Source of the DNA: Oopsacas minuta
Taxonomy: Eukaryota; Animalia; Porifera
Reading direction: 5' to 3'
Length of the DNA stretch: 64,000 nucleotides
Assembly (NCBI GenBank): GCA_024704765.1
Contig: JAKMXF010000177.1
Location: 673,359-737,358 of the forward strand
This document shows positions 23,574 to 37,430 of the stretch, piece by piece (position 1 is the stretch's first letter; each line of letters opens with the position of its first letter). The notes beneath the pieces are model-generated. The model searched no databases, was not told where the DNA came from, and worked only from the letters and a program-made list of their open reading frames with translations. A program made the translations under genes and the position numbers.

Positions 23574-24495
23574 TTCTAATTGAAAGTTCTACAAGTAAAA
23601 TAGCCAATTTTGTAAATATTCAGTAAATAGAATACGATAGAGAAAGAGGGAAATAAATAAATAATTATCNNNNNNNNNNNNNNNNNNNNNNNNNNNNNNN
23701 NNNNNNNNNNNNNNNNNNNNNNNNNNNNNNNNNNNNNNNNNNNNNNNNNNNNNNNNNNNNNNNNNNNNNNNNNNNNNNNNNNNNNNNNNNNNNNNNNNNN
23801 NNNNNNNNNNNNNNNNNNNNNNNNNNNNNNNNNNNNNNNNNNNNNNNNNNNNNNNNNNNNNNNNNNNNNNNNNNNNNNNNNNNNNNNNNNNNNNNNNNNN
23901 NNNNNNNNNNNNNNNNNNNNNNNNNNNNNNNNNNNNNNNNNNNNNNNNNNNNNNNNNNNNNNNNNNNNNNNNNNNNNNNNNNNNNNNNNNNNNNNNNNNN
24001 NNNNNNNNNNNNNNNNNNNNNNNNNNNNNNNNNNNNNNNNNNNNNNNNNNNNNNNNNNNNNNNNNNNNNNNNNNNNNNNNNNNNNNNNNNNNNNNNNNNN
24101 NNNNNNNNNNNNNNNNNNNNNNNNNNNNNNNNNNNNNNNNNNNNNNNNNNNNNNNNNNNNNNNNNNNNNNNNNNNNNNNNNNNNNNNNNNNNNNNNNNNN
24201 NNNNNNNNNNNNNNNNNNNNNNNNNNNNNNNNNNNNNNNNNNNNNNNNNNNNNNNNNNNNNNNNNNNNNNNNNNNNNNNNNNNNNNNNNNNNNNNNNNNN
24301 NNNNNNNNNNNNNNNNNNNNNNNNNNNNNNNNNNNNNNNNNNNNNNNNNNNNNNNNNNNNNNNNNNNNNNNNNNNNNNNNNNNNNNNNNNNNNNNNNNNN
24401 NNNNNNNNNNNNNNNNNNNNNNNNNNNNNNNNNNNNNNNNNNNNNNNNNNNNNNNNNNNNNNNNNNNNNNNNNNNNNNNNNNNNNNNNNNNNNNN

Positions 24496-24849
24496 CGGGT
24501 ACCAATGAAGGATCCAACTCAGTTTTGGCGGTCCAGTGTCTTAACACGTCTGCGCACCTGTGCAACGATAATTTTCTCGCCACCAATATCTTCTGCAGCC
24601 GTGGAGAGGTTGTTCAGCCAGGCCGGCAACCTACTTTCAAAAATGAGAAAGAGAATGTCACCGGCGGTCTTGAAGAAATTAGTATACATCAAATACCAGA
24701 AAATGTATACCACAATAATCAAGAAGCTGGGAATTTTAATCGAGCCTAAGGAAGTTGCGATGATAATCAACAATGAGCCCATGTCCCTGTCATTTGAAGA
24801 CGATAGTGATATCGAAGAGTTTATGAATGACAGTTTACATAATATCTAG
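24496..24849 (+). mobile_element. hAT transposase C-terminal fragment adjoining a gap
   Basis: SSAAVERLFSQAGNLLSKMRKRMSP dimerisation motif. Confidence 0.7.
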
Positions 24850-24883
24850 AGCTTCAGTATAACGTTTAGTATATGAATAGATT

Positions 24884-25416
24884 CAGGGTTTCATCCAGGC
24901 GCGTATTTTAAAAAGATATTATAGTTAAGCGCGTGAAAATTTTAACAGCTAGGCGCATGGACGCGCCTAGGTTAATATCGACAAATAATTCAATGGGTTA
25001 CGTCCAGGCTTCCATCCAGGAGCGCCACGCGCGCCTACAGGCGTGTATTTACAAAAAATTTGTATAGTTAGGCGCAAGAAAATTTTGAGAGTTCGACGCG
25101 TGTCACGCTCCTATGCTAGGCGTGCTGTATACGCCTAATTCCGATGAGTAATTTAATGGGTTACGTAAGAATCATAAAGGTCAGAGAGACAATGAATAAA
25201 TAAGAATATACAATGTTAGGTCAATAGTTACTTATTTAAAGTGAAAGATTCTAGATGACACCTCTGGAATGTAGTATTAACCGTATAATATGTAGTGGAT
25301 GTAAGGTCTGCTTAAAATTTAAGTTTGATGCTTCGAAAATTCAAATAGTCTAGGCGCGTAATTAAAATCGAGAACTCATTTAGGCGCGCTACATATAAAA
25401 GCTGGAAGAAACCCTG
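24884..25416. mobile_element. hAT-type MITE (533 bp)
   Basis: 15-bp TIR CAGGGTTTC(A/T)TCCAG; perfect 8-bp TSD AATAGATT. Confidence 0.9.
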
Positions 25417-25509
25417 AATAGATTTTCATTAGTAATCTACATCTACATAGCGGTTACCTGTACATAACAGTCACTACTAGGCTTGAATGGCCGTTATAGA
25501 CAAGATGTT

Positions 25510-28500
25510 CTAGGTCTTTGAAATATCCATGGATATGGATATAGATATGGATGGGATTTTTCTCATCGACGGCAAGCCTGGTATTTTGCTATTTATTAGT
25601 CCTTTTTGGGTGTACCAAGTAGAGATTCCTGAATCAGAGGATACTCCAGAAGTAGAGCTAACTTTATGAGATATATTCGGACTACCGCCTATATACTCAC
25701 CAGAAGCAGTATCATCAGGATCAGACAGGAAATGCCCGGATATACCAATAGGATTCTCGTATGTAGTGTTCTTAAAAGGAGAAGGTGAACGAGAGAGAGT
25801 GTGTGCTTCTGACGGATCAGGGTAGTAGGTCAAACCACGGTACAATTGATGTTCAGAATCAACCGACTCACGGAAGGTCTCTTTCTCCGCATCCTCTATA
25901 TTTTGTATCTTCACTTTAGCCACATTCTTCTTCTTATAAACCAAACAAACGATAAATAATATCGTAAATACGATAATAAGAATAATGATAATGAAGGCTA
26001 ATGAAGGTGTCCCTACAATTAGAAGTATCCTTCCTATAGGTAATACAGTAGGATCACTACTACACTCATCAGATATAGTGTGTAAACAGTGTAGCTTAGA
26101 TGGAAGAGACAATAGATCACCATCTGGTGTCAATAAAGTAATACCATCAGTAAATATAGGTTCTGAATAACTACTATGATCTTGTATAGAAAATAAGCTG
26201 GAAATAGGAGGAAGAGACCGTGAGGAATGTAAGTAGATAAATACTTGTGTAGTGATAGAAATCGGGAGAAATAGATCAGTACTGACGGTATAGAGGGATG
26301 GATTTGATTCAGGACTCGCTTCAAATACAATTAAGCTGATTCCACCAGTATAAGTTTGAGATACGAATGAACCTATACACAATTCCCAATTAGTATAATC
26401 AGATAGATCAGCCATACTGAATAATCCCAAATATACTTTAACTGTATCGAATTGTGTGTAAGGAGAGTGTTGTATGTCTGATAACTCAACTCTGATAGAG
26501 AGATGGCATACGTTAGTGGAATTGAAGGTTTCATAGAAAACTGGTAAAGGCAAAACACCGAAATGCGAGGAAAATAATCGACGAAAATCTTCGAAGATAA
26601 CCACACCATCTGCAGTGACGTCATTCATATTTTGTACATAGAAGTGGACCAATCACGAATAACAAGTTCCACTTCATGAATAAATATTGTAGCAATTTCC
26701 AAATCTTTCCCCTATAGAAATGAATAATCAGCTAACCTCCAAACTTCATTAATAGCATCACTAAGATATTTTCATCCGTCAATTCCCTAATACTCAGCCT
26801 CCGCAATTGGTTCATTTCTTCAAATAAGTTTAGGCTAACACACTCATCTACATTGCTGTATTCCCATACTGGCTGATCAGCTGTGCATTCATATGGTGGA
26901 ATACAAGTACCTGAAATTACCTCATACAAAGTATTTGGGCATTGCTTACGAATGGTTATACCAATGGGTGTATCTGGATATACAGTCCCAGTACTATCAA
27001 GAATACTAGGACATTTCAGCCCATCTATAGACGGTGTACAATCTGATCCAGTTGGAAAGAACCCCTGTAAACATTCGCAGAAATCCACCTAGAATGTTTT
27101 CACACTTTTGGGTCGATCCGCATAAATCAAGTGTAGCACACTCATTGATATCCACACACATTTTCTCCTTACAATCCTCAGTATAGTAGTAAGAAGGTTG
27201 TGTGAGATTGTTCGAGGAATATCCAGTAGGACAAACACAATTAAACCCACCTACAATATTCATACAAACAGCTGGATACTGTCCACATGCTGGGTAATAG
27301 AAACTACACTCATTTATGTCTGTACAGGCAAAGCCATCACCCATGAAACCTTGTTTACACACACAAGTATAGCTGCCATATGCATTGGTACAGATTGTAT
27401 CCACGTGACATGGAAACCCAAGACATTCATCGTTATCAAAACAAGGCCCAGGTTCAATTCCTTCAGCGAAAGCAGGTCTGTTACCAATACAGTGATCTAC
27501 GTCACAAACTTCAGTGATCAGGTCGCACGAAGTATTTCCACATGGAATCCTCGTAAATCATACTCGCATGTATCACTATTCAATACGCTTCCTACACCAC
27601 ATGTCAAGTTGCATACGTCACAATCCATACCTTGAAATGAGCTTGTACATTCACATATGTATATAGCGTTACCGTCCATACATAGTCCATTCACACAAGG
27701 ATCAGGTATACAATTGTCAATCACCTCACTGCAGTTCTTAGCAGTGATATCAGGTACACAAATATACATATAATCATGTGGAGGTACATTAAGACAATCT
27801 ATGGAAAATTCAGGGTCACAAGGATTAGGGTCGCATGCATCATCAACAACACACACACAGGGTATATTTGGTCAATAAATATGTACGCTGTATCACAGTC
27901 ACAATCGTATGTATTTGGGTGGGTAAGGTCAGTACAATTGCTACTAATTCCACACGGATCACAAGAACATAAGTCTGCTTCCTGATCGCATAAGTCAACT
28001 GTCAGTGTACGAGGACATTGACACCCAGTGCAATTTGAATATGGACTAGTACAATGTTTGCAGTCCAGCCCACAGGTAGTACAACTAGAATCCTCCCAAT
28101 ACTCTCTACACAATCACATCCAGTACAAATGGTGTTGTGAAAGCCTTCGTTTCCACAGGTTATGCCACAAACTGAGCAATCAAATCCTCCCCATGAGGTA
28201 ATACAAGTACAGCCATGACAAGTTGAATTAGCCGTTCCAGCATTCAAACAGCTGGAAAATTCACAAGTACTGCAGTCGATACCAGTCCATCTCTCCACAC
28301 AATTACAGCCATCACAAGTTGAATTTGGTGATCCACCATTCAAACAGCTCGTAAACCCACAAGTATCGCACTCATCACCACACCAATTCCCTACACAATC
28401 ACATCCATTACAAGTTGAATTTACTTATCCACCGTTTTTACATACAATAGGACAAGTAGTACAATCGGTACCCTCCCACATGTTATTACAGTCATATGTA

Positions 28501-29330
28501 TACACATTATCTCCTATACCATCAATACATAATCCCCCATCTTGGCAAGGAGTACCCAAGCAAGGAAGGTATTGGCTCTCGCATACAGTACCCAAATAAT
28601 CAACAGCACAAATACAAGCACTACAATCTGTCCAAGTTGTTCCATTCTGGCCGATTAAATCACAGTTTGAGCAGTCAGGACCTGATCTATTCGGAGCACA
28701 TAACACAAGTAGACTCAATATTATACACACAGTTCAAAGGACACATGGCACACACATTCCATCGAGACTATATGAGCAACACTCTGATGCAGACTGTCTG
28801 TAGCAATAGCCTAATGAGGTATTAACACCAGCTCTAAGACAATCATCATGGCATTCCATACAACCGTACATATCACTAGAGAATGGAGAGAAGTTAAGAT
28901 TACATTCATAACAATCTACACGCAAATAAGAAGAATTTAGAAATACAGGGGGGTTATTAGGTACAGAAATAGTACCAGTGGTATTATCAACTATCCATAT
29001 CCCCACGTTACAAATCAAAGACAATCGTGCATAGTAGTTCGCGTCATCTTCTATTACCAAGGTTAGGAAAATGTAGGTATACTTAGATGTATCATTCTGG
29101 TCTCTTACTGAACAGCTGTGATAGGAATCTACCATTGTAGGGGAGCCTCCTAATACTAACCCAATTGAAAAACCCTCTTTCATAGAATCATCTGGGAAAT
29201 CACATTCAGCTGATGCTTGTAGACATGTGATGGATAGTAAAAGTATAAGAAAATACTTCAAAACGAGTCTGATGTTTTGAGTCAAACAAAAATCAACTAA
29301 TATAAGAACACTAGTTATAAAAACCGGCAT
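25510..29330 (-). pseudogene. Single-pass membrane receptor: signal peptide, many EGF/Ca-EGF repeats, HormR-like domain, TM, Tyr-containing tail; multiply frameshifted
   Basis: Overlapping ORFs in shifting frames; DINECS and DINECA Ca-EGF motifs; TM segment AFIIIILIIVFTILFIVCLVY; no introns evident. The frameshifts could be pseudogenisation or assembly indels. Confidence 0.7.
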
Positions 29331-29572
29331 AATTATGGAGATCTGAAAACAATTTTCAGTACACCTCGAAGTATATCAGCTGATATACTTCCAGAAATTG
29401 TAAGTGCGCTGCATGCCTAGTAATAGTTAATTCAATCAAATAGCAGGATATTTCCTTTAAATACAAAAAATAATACATGCAAAATATAGTACAGCATGAT
29501 AAATATTACAAACAAGTTCTCTAGTAAACAATACACACAAGTTCTTTAGTAAATATGCACAAAGGAGCAGGT

Positions 29573-32124
29573 TTAACTGGAGGAGAGAGAAATAGAAACG
29601 TATTCGTCACCTTTTGAAGGTGCTGTGCGATGAAAGTCAATAAAGGTGTGAAAAAACGCAGGTAGTGTTTCTGCAGATAGTTGGTACTCTACAATAATCC
29701 TTACGGACAGACAAGCTAGTCTTAAAGGGTAATACGATCTTAGTGCTAGATACTGTGGGGAAAGTTCGTTGATACAAGATTCCATAGGCGTTCGATTTGA
29801 GGGAGTAACAGAGTCTAAATGTGACCCAGCTTGTATTAACGCGTGGATAACAGAATCAGGAACTGTTTCTAACATACACGCTAAATGCAACGCGGTTAAA
29901 CCGTCCTCATCTGAAATCTCTAACATATCTGGGGTAGATAGAGCAATGAATGCGTTCAATACATTTTCATATTTAAGAAAATACTTTGATTTCATAATAG
30001 AATGGAAAATAGGTTCATCTCTTGTTAATGGATGAAATAATAGCTGCAGTGCTTCTAACATCACAGGATTTCTATAAACGACAGACTCGAAAGTAGTGAA
30101 AGATGGAAATTTCTCCAACCAAATATCAAGAAAAGTTAATACCCNNNNNNNNNNNNNNNNNNNNNNNNNNNNNNNNNNNNNNNNNNNNNNNNNNNNNNNN
30201 NNNNNNNNNNNNNNNNNNNNNNNNNNNNNNNNNNNNNNNNNNNNNNNNNNNNNNNNNNNNNNNNNNNNNNNNNNNNNNNNNNNNNNNNNNNNNNNNNNNN
30301 NNNNNNNNNNNNNNNNNNNNNNNNNNNNNNNNNNNNNNNNNNNNNNNNNNNNNNNNNNNNNNNNNNNNNNNNNNNNNNNNNNNNNNNNNNNNNNNNNNAA
30401 CAGTATACCTTGTGTATATACACTTGAAATATGCAGCAAACCTTTCCATTGTCATAACATCAGTATTGAACGCTGGCAATAGTGTATTTACTTGATGCAA
30501 GAGCATTTCAAATTCATCGATAGATGCTTGTGTTGGCATCCAACTTGTCTTCACGACAGCTTGTAATAGCTGATACAATAGCTCACAACATCTCCAATAA
30601 TACACAGAACCTTCACTATACAAGTGGTTGGTTAATCGAATCTTAAGATCACAAGATGTATAGTATAATGGCCCGAATACTCTCTCGCTTATTAGCACAC
30701 ACTGAATGAGGTAGTTTTTCTGTGAAATATTATAAAAATCAGTTAATGTTCCAACTTCCTGTACACCCTCGTATAAATCTATAGCTGGTTTCCCGGGATA
30801 ACCTAAATTGTGGATTTTTCTCAATTCAAGTGCTTTTCTCCAAAATTCAGTTACTTTAGAAGAAGGATGATCACAGAATATCTCTACCCCTCTGACTAAC
30901 CACATATCAACTTCACATTCCAGAGTACATTCAGGCTGTTTACTGAGATAATCCATTGCATATTCATTGTGACATTTGGTAGCTACAAATAAATGACAGG
31001 GGGTTGATACACCTCTGGTACTGTGTAGTAAGGTATAGGAGGAGATGGAGATTGGGCTCTACATGGCCAGATNNNNNNNNNNNNNNNNNNNNNNNNNNNN
31101 NNNNNNNNNNNNNNNNNNNNNNNNNNNNNNNNNNNNNNNNNNNNNNNNNNNNNNNNNNNNNNNNNNNNNNNNNNNNNNNNNNNNNNNNNNNNNNNNNNNN
31201 NNNNNNNNNNNNNNNNNNNNNNNNNNNNNAGGTATAGGAGGAGATGGAGATTGGGCTCTGCATGGCCAGATTATTTTAGCTCCGAGGTGGATTAATAGGT
31301 TGAATATCTCTTTGGATTCTCGTTCTATTGCTATGTGTAATAAGTCTATTCCTGCAGCTGTTGTCTGACTGAGATCAGCTTTGCCACAAGTAACTGTATA
31401 CAAATATATGGTAACTAATATTAAAGTATAATACAGTCAACTCCCAATATTCGAAACCCAAGGGATCGTGATAATTTCTTCGATATGACTGGGGTAATTT
31501 ATGTTACTTTGACGGTTTCTACATATTACTTGCCGAGTAATCTAAGAGTATTTTCATTCTCTCTCAATACAGCTACCATAAAAGGAGCCTGTCCTTCTTG
31601 ATTAGCTATATTAATATCAGTTCCCTTATTCAGCAGATACATTATAACTTTCCCTCTATTATGATAAGACTCGGCTCTAAGCGGAGTAGAATTCGTTGCG
31701 TTTGAGTGGTTAATATTCCCCCCGGCTCCGATAAGTTCTCTTACAATAGTGACATTACAACCTATAAGAAAACAGAAGTAAACAAAGGCAATTAACTAAT
31801 ATTCGAAGTTTATACCTGATGCAGCACACCATAAGGCTGTTGCCTCTTTAATCTCATATCCTGTGAATTCAGATTTAACTGTCATTGTGTACTCAAGACC
31901 CAAAATTTCTAGAAAATTCCTCAGGATATAGCTTGCTATCATATTTTGACTTTTCTGAGCAGCTAGAATTAACGGAGATCCCTTATTGCCCTTAGGCTGG
32001 AATATATCTTCTGGATGTGTAGTATTTAGTATAGTTGTTAGGTGAGACTTAATACTGAAAATTTTCCTTTGGCTGCAGAATCCACTAATTCTTGATGTGA
32101 CAATTCATCTGAGGTGGTTGACAT
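29573..32124 (-). pseudogene. FEM1: FEM1-like copy D, near full length, spanning two gaps
   Basis: All three exons and the C-terminal BC-box are present; -1 frameshift near 32050; may be a scaffolded chimera across the gaps. Confidence 0.75.
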
Positions 32125-32218
32125 TTCTAATTGAAAGTTCAACAAGCAAAATAGTCAATTTTGTCAATATTCAGTATATAGAACACGATAGAGAAAGAGG
32201 GAAATATATACCCAATTA

Positions 32219-33021
32219 AACTGTCCGACAAATTTTCAGCATTTTTTGCTTTTGGAATACACTGTAGTGTCTCTCATGTATTCAAGCACCCTGATTCCAA
32301 ATATCCAATCAGTTTTTCTCTATCAGGCAGAGATTTTGTAAAATTCGGAAATATACAAAATCATGTTTCCATAGATCTCTATAGAATGTATAATTGTATA
32401 TGTATTAATACCTTCCGTATATATTGTCTAAGAATTCAAATTTTCTTAAAATATATAGAATATTATTTGCTCTTTCAAGAGGAGATTATCTGATTGTATT
32501 TGTATATATTTCTTTTCAATAATGTCTCGTTGATGTTCAAACCCAACAGATTCTGTCTGTTATATTTGTGGAGAATTTACTACCAAATTTCAGCTGAGAG
32601 ACATGTCTCCCAATGTACACAAGGGATATGAGCAATATTTTGGTTGCAAGATTGGTGATCAAGATAAGCCTTGGATACCTCATTTGTGTTGCTCAAAATG
32701 TGCAATAGGACTTAGTAAATGGCTAAATGGCTCACGTACTTCAATGCAATTTGCTATTCCCATGGCATGATATGGAGGGAACCAAGAGATCATTATACTG
32801 ATTGTTATTTCTGTTTGACTGATATAATAGGAATCACTTCTAAGACCAAAAAGAATATATCTTATCCCAATCTTCAGTCTGCGATTCGTCCTGTTGAGCA
32901 TTCTACAGAATTTACCTCCGCCTATGCCACCTGATAAAACAAGACTACCCCACATCATTAATCAAAGTGAGCTGAATGATTTGGTTAGAGACTTGAGTTT
33001 GACAAAAGATCAAAGTGAATT
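32219..33021 (+). mobile_element. Chapaev3-like transposon, 5' half
   Basis: Same 5' end as 29-528; encodes DQDKPWIPHLCC, DHYTDCYFCLTD and NDLVRDLSLTKDQSE; stops at the single n at 33022. Confidence 0.75.
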
Positions 33022-33022
33022 N

Positions 33023-34945
33023 TATTACACCTGTGATATGATTCAGAACGAATACATCACTTGAGTGAGAGATTAAACTATAAGATATACTGCCTTCATT
33101 CCCTGTGTCTAAATTTGTTGCAGAAATACGACCAATAACTCCACCAGTATTAACAACATGTAAATGGTCAAAATAGTAATTTTGTTCAGAGAATTCAGGT
33201 GCATGCATGTTCCTAGGGGTAACACGTATTTCAAATGATGCAATAACGAAATTACCTCCAAGATCAGAAGCCTGTATCCTCAGGTAGTATAAGGAATTAA
33301 CGTCAACACATGGTACTGTATTCAGGAAGAGTATCCCGATAATAGAGTTGATACTAAATACTGGATCAATATCACCGGATAATATCTTGTACGATAGAAT
33401 ATCTCCGTCTTTATCAATAGTTTCAACCTTGTAAATAGTCATGTATCTATCAGTGCCATCTTCTACAAACAGCTGATAGATAGAATGTGAAAATTCTGGT
33501 GATCAATCGTTCACATTTTCTATTTGTATAATAACAGTTACAAAGCTAGATTTACGGAAAGAAGAATAAGCATTATCTGTTGCTGATAAGTCAAACGAGA
33601 TTTCTACTGGATCTGTTTCAGCATCTAATAACGGAGTTAATACAATTATACCCGTAGTAGAATTCACTATACAATAAATATTATACGAAATACTGTATGT
33701 AATATCCCCATTGATACCAGTATCCATATTAACAGCATTTGTTTGTAGAATAGAATTTCCAATTGAAGTTCCTTCTGGTATAGATATAGTGAAGTTATGT
33801 TGGGGAAATATTGGTGTGTGTAAATTGGCTGGAATGACGTTAATAATCACGATTGCACTATCTGTATGTATAGAGTCATTTACTGATACAGTTATAGTTG
33901 GACTCTGAATAACCAATTCCTTTGCTACAAATATATCTCCAGTGAATGGGTCTATATCGAAGTAATCACTAGTCGTGGTGAATTGGTATAAAAGAGTTGA
34001 GGATGTATCCACATCAGTTGCAATTATTCTACCAATAATACCAGCAACAATTGTATTATTTACTACTGTAAATATGTAGGTAGATTCGGCGAAAATAGCT
34101 GGAGAATCGTTCTCGTCTAAAACTACTATTTCAACAGGAAGTGTAGTGGATTTTCGTTGCCAGGGTGAAGCGTTATCTTCCGCAGTTATCACCAAACTCA
34201 ATATTTGTATCTGTTCATAATGAAATAAATTAACAAGGGTTAGAACACCACTACTTTGATCAATAGGGATATAATAATTATCTGTAATAGTATAAGAAAT
34301 TACCGCATTAGCTCCTATATCATTATCAGTTGCTGTTATCAGTAATACATCAGTTGAATAATTATTCTCTAGAATGTTAAATGAACCGTTTGAATTAGAG
34401 AATAATGGAGAGTACAAATTAGGTTCTTCTACAAAAATCGTCACTAAAGCTGTAGCAGTATATATCCCATCATTATATGATATTTCTATAGAATATTTAC
34501 TAACCAAATTCAGCCCAAAGTCTTCTGTTAATCTGATAACACCATTCTCAGAGATTGTGAAAATAAATGGATCAGATATAATAGCATAGGAGAAAGGCTA
34601 GTTGATGTTATTACGTCATCAATAATAAAAACTGTACCAATTGGGTTACCTGATTGGAAATTTGAAGCGAATATAAATGTATAATTAGTGAGAGAAAATT
34701 CAGGAATAAAATCGTTAATATCTTCAATGATAATATCAACAGAAATATCAGAATATCTGTATTCGAATAGATTACCTGGGTTATATGCTAGAATAGTCAA
34801 AGTATACGAGTTCATTTCTTCAAAATCGAGTGAAGTTTTGACGAACAAAGCTCCATCATTAGAAATATCGAATACTTCATGAATATTCCCTGTTGAAATG
34901 TAATACTCAATAATACCAGAGTCTCCAATGTCAAAGTCAACTGTT
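33023..34945 (-). pseudogene. Cadherin-repeat (Fat/protocadherin-like) gene fragment
   Basis: Repeated DxNDxxP, A.D.D and LD.E motifs (LDENDSPAIF, EDINDFIPEF, ATDNDIG); frameshifts; no signal peptide or TM in view. Confidence 0.8.
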
Positions 34946-34976
34946 TTAAATTAATAGACAAGTTCAGCTGCACCAA

Positions 34977-35183
34977 GTTATGCCACAAACTGAGCAATCA
35001 AATCCTCCCCTTGAGTTTATACAATTGCAGCCATTACAAGTTGAATTTAGTAATCCACCATTTTTGATACAATAGGACAGGTAGTACAATCGGTACCCTC
35101 CCACATGTTATTACACTCACACCTACACACATGATCTCCTATACCGTCAATATATAATTCCTCGCTTTGACCAGGAGTACCCA
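34977..35183 (-). pseudogene. Third, deleted fragment of the EGF receptor gene
   Basis: Matches ~28159-28230 and then ~28420-28560. Confidence 0.7.
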
Positions 35184-36590
35184 NCTTCTATCATGCAAAC
35201 TGCACGTGTACGGACAGCTAGAGTAGCTTCTTTGACCATGATTATTTCTTGTATATGAAAAGTAAGAAAAATTGAACAAGAGAGTATTTTTAGTGTCTAT
35301 AATTTTCGGAATTTACAGGAATTCTATTATTTCAAATACGTAGAATAAGAATTGGAAGCTAAAACACGATTCAAATAGTTAATTTATGGCTCTATTTAAT
35401 TTCAAAAAGGTGACATCAATTTCTTAACACCCTGTAAATGATAATAGATTCATTGGAAAATATGATCGTAACATATCATTGAGTAGATAAAATTCTACAG
35501 CCCCGATCAAAGACTTCGAGGACAAATTTTCAGAGACAGCCTACAGTAATATAAATTATCAATACTCATAGGCGTCGAACTTTTCAGATTTCGGAATAAA
35601 GCTAACGGGACCAGGTCCACGAGGCTTCGGGGTTCATTACTCCGAAATTCATAATCATATATAGTGTGTCTGGTATAAGAGATTTTAAACATTCAAATTT
35701 AGCCAACAAATCTGAACAAAAGCATAAACTATAAGAATACACAACTATGAAAATGTAACCATAAATGATCCAATAGTAGTTTTAACAATATACTCTCTAT
35801 AATTCAAGAATCATGGGAAGTGGTACAAGCATTTTACTATGTGCCTCTTGTAGCACAAGTGGCTCAAAAGTGTTCAAGTACTTTTGGCCAGGGAGTATAA
35901 TTACTTTGACTAAGACTAGTGGCTTCCTTGTTAAATGAAAGAATAAATAATTAATGGCTTTCGTGGGAAATCTAAGTACAGTTAAACCTCCAAATAGTGA
36001 ACACCTCTAGTTAGTGAACATGGGTCAGGATTCTGAATACAAAATAATCGGTATCATAGAAAAGCGTGAATACTGTAGTATTAATTAATGGCTCCCTTGT
36101 TAAATGAATTAACCCTGACAAACATAATTAAAACTTCCGAAGTCTGATAGCCCAAAACCTGATGGGGCCAGGTGGGTTTGTCCCCATCAGTTTCAGATGC
36201 TGAGGGGCCGGCCCCACCGGCCCCGTCAAGATCGACACCCACGTGAATACTTAAGCTCTCGGAAGAATAAGGCAATTGAAAATAAAGAAAATTTACAATC
36301 ATTATTTGGTCCTAATGAGTTCATTCTTATAATTTGTCTCATAGTGTGGATAAGTATCTGGAACTGAACCCGAACCGATTCCAACTCTGATTCAATCATG
36401 AGATTGTCAAAAACACTAAGTAATTCGGATTCACTTCTCACCCCTGTGAGAGGTAAGGTTAGGGGAGGACACGAGTGCCGCCGGCTACAGACATAGCAAA
36501 ATTACAGTTAAAATGAACAGAAGAATCACAAGAATAAGCATTATAATATAAAGTTATATGGCACAGATGTAAACCACAATTAATAAGTAA

Positions 36591-37430
36591 TTAAAATATG
36601 AGAAGGTTATGACCAACAATAACGATAAATCTACACTTGGAGTCTAGTGACACAGCCATAGGCTTATAAATACCATCAGTTATCCTATGAAATAGATTAC
36701 CCCTATTATCAAAAAATTGAATAGCATTATCAACATGAGTGGTAATGATAAAATTCCCATTAACATCGATACAAAATCCCAACGGACAGGCTAAGAATGG
36801 AGAAATAATAAGATCATTCAATTTGTTCAGGTCGTAATCAAACATAGATAAATAGGGTTCACTAGAAGACAGCACAAATATGTTATCCCTGGTTAGTTCT
36901 ATGTCTACAGGAGATTCAACTTTAAAAGAATTCACAAAAGGATAGTGATTCAACAGAATATTCACTCTACCATGATTGCGAACACATAGGTATATTGATT
37001 CTTCATTGACAGTTATACCATAAAGTTGATAAGATTTTTCGCTCTTTGACCTTCCTATTCGTGTAATAAAATTACCATCAAGATCATATATAGAGAGATC
37101 ATGATGAGTAATAAACATTTTGTCTTCATAGATAGAAATATAGCGAGGGAGCCTCATCCATTTATCGACAAATTTAAATATGAAATGTCCCTCTCTATCA
37201 AATACTTGTACTCTGTGGTTATTTGTATCCGTAACATAGATATTATCAGTTGGATGGGACACTGCTACTCCCCAGGGATTCTTGAATTGTCCATCACCAC
37301 TACCTCCCATATTCCCAATTTTTCCTAATTTGGAAACTGGTATTAACTTCTGGGTATAATCTGGAAAATAATAAGAATTATCTTCATTCAGAAGACCTAC
37401 TAACCTCATAACTTTTCTGCTCTTTTCCAT
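36591..37430 (-). CDS. NHL-repeat beta-propeller protein (279 aa; the 5' end may be incomplete)
   Basis: GSGDGQFKNPWGVAV...IYVTDTNNHRVQVF NHL consensus; open ORF. Confidence 0.85.
   Translation of the reverse strand: MEKSRKVMRLVGLLNEDNSYYFPDYTQKLIPVSKLGKIGNMGGSGDGQFKNPWGVAVSHPTDNIYVTDTNNHRVQVFDREGHFIFKFVDKWMRLPRYISIYEDKMFITHHDLSIYDLDGNFITRIGRSKSEKSYQLYGITVNEESIYLCVRNHGRVNILLNHYPFVNSFKVESPVDIELTRDNIFVLSSSEPYLSMFDYDLNKLNDLIISPFLACPLGFCIDVNGNFIITTHVDNAIQFFDNRGNLFHRITDGIYKPMAVSLDSKCRFIVIVGHNLLIF

Noticed and set aside
23576-24586. Long ORFs containing X runs (also 29573-30439, 30096-30956, 30964-31403)
   Set aside because: They are open only because they cross N gaps.
31031-31271. Apparent ~42-bp direct repeat flanking the third gap
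   Set aside because: The same FEM1 sequence appears on both sides of the Ns with one mismatch, typical of an unmerged contig overlap rather than a real duplication.
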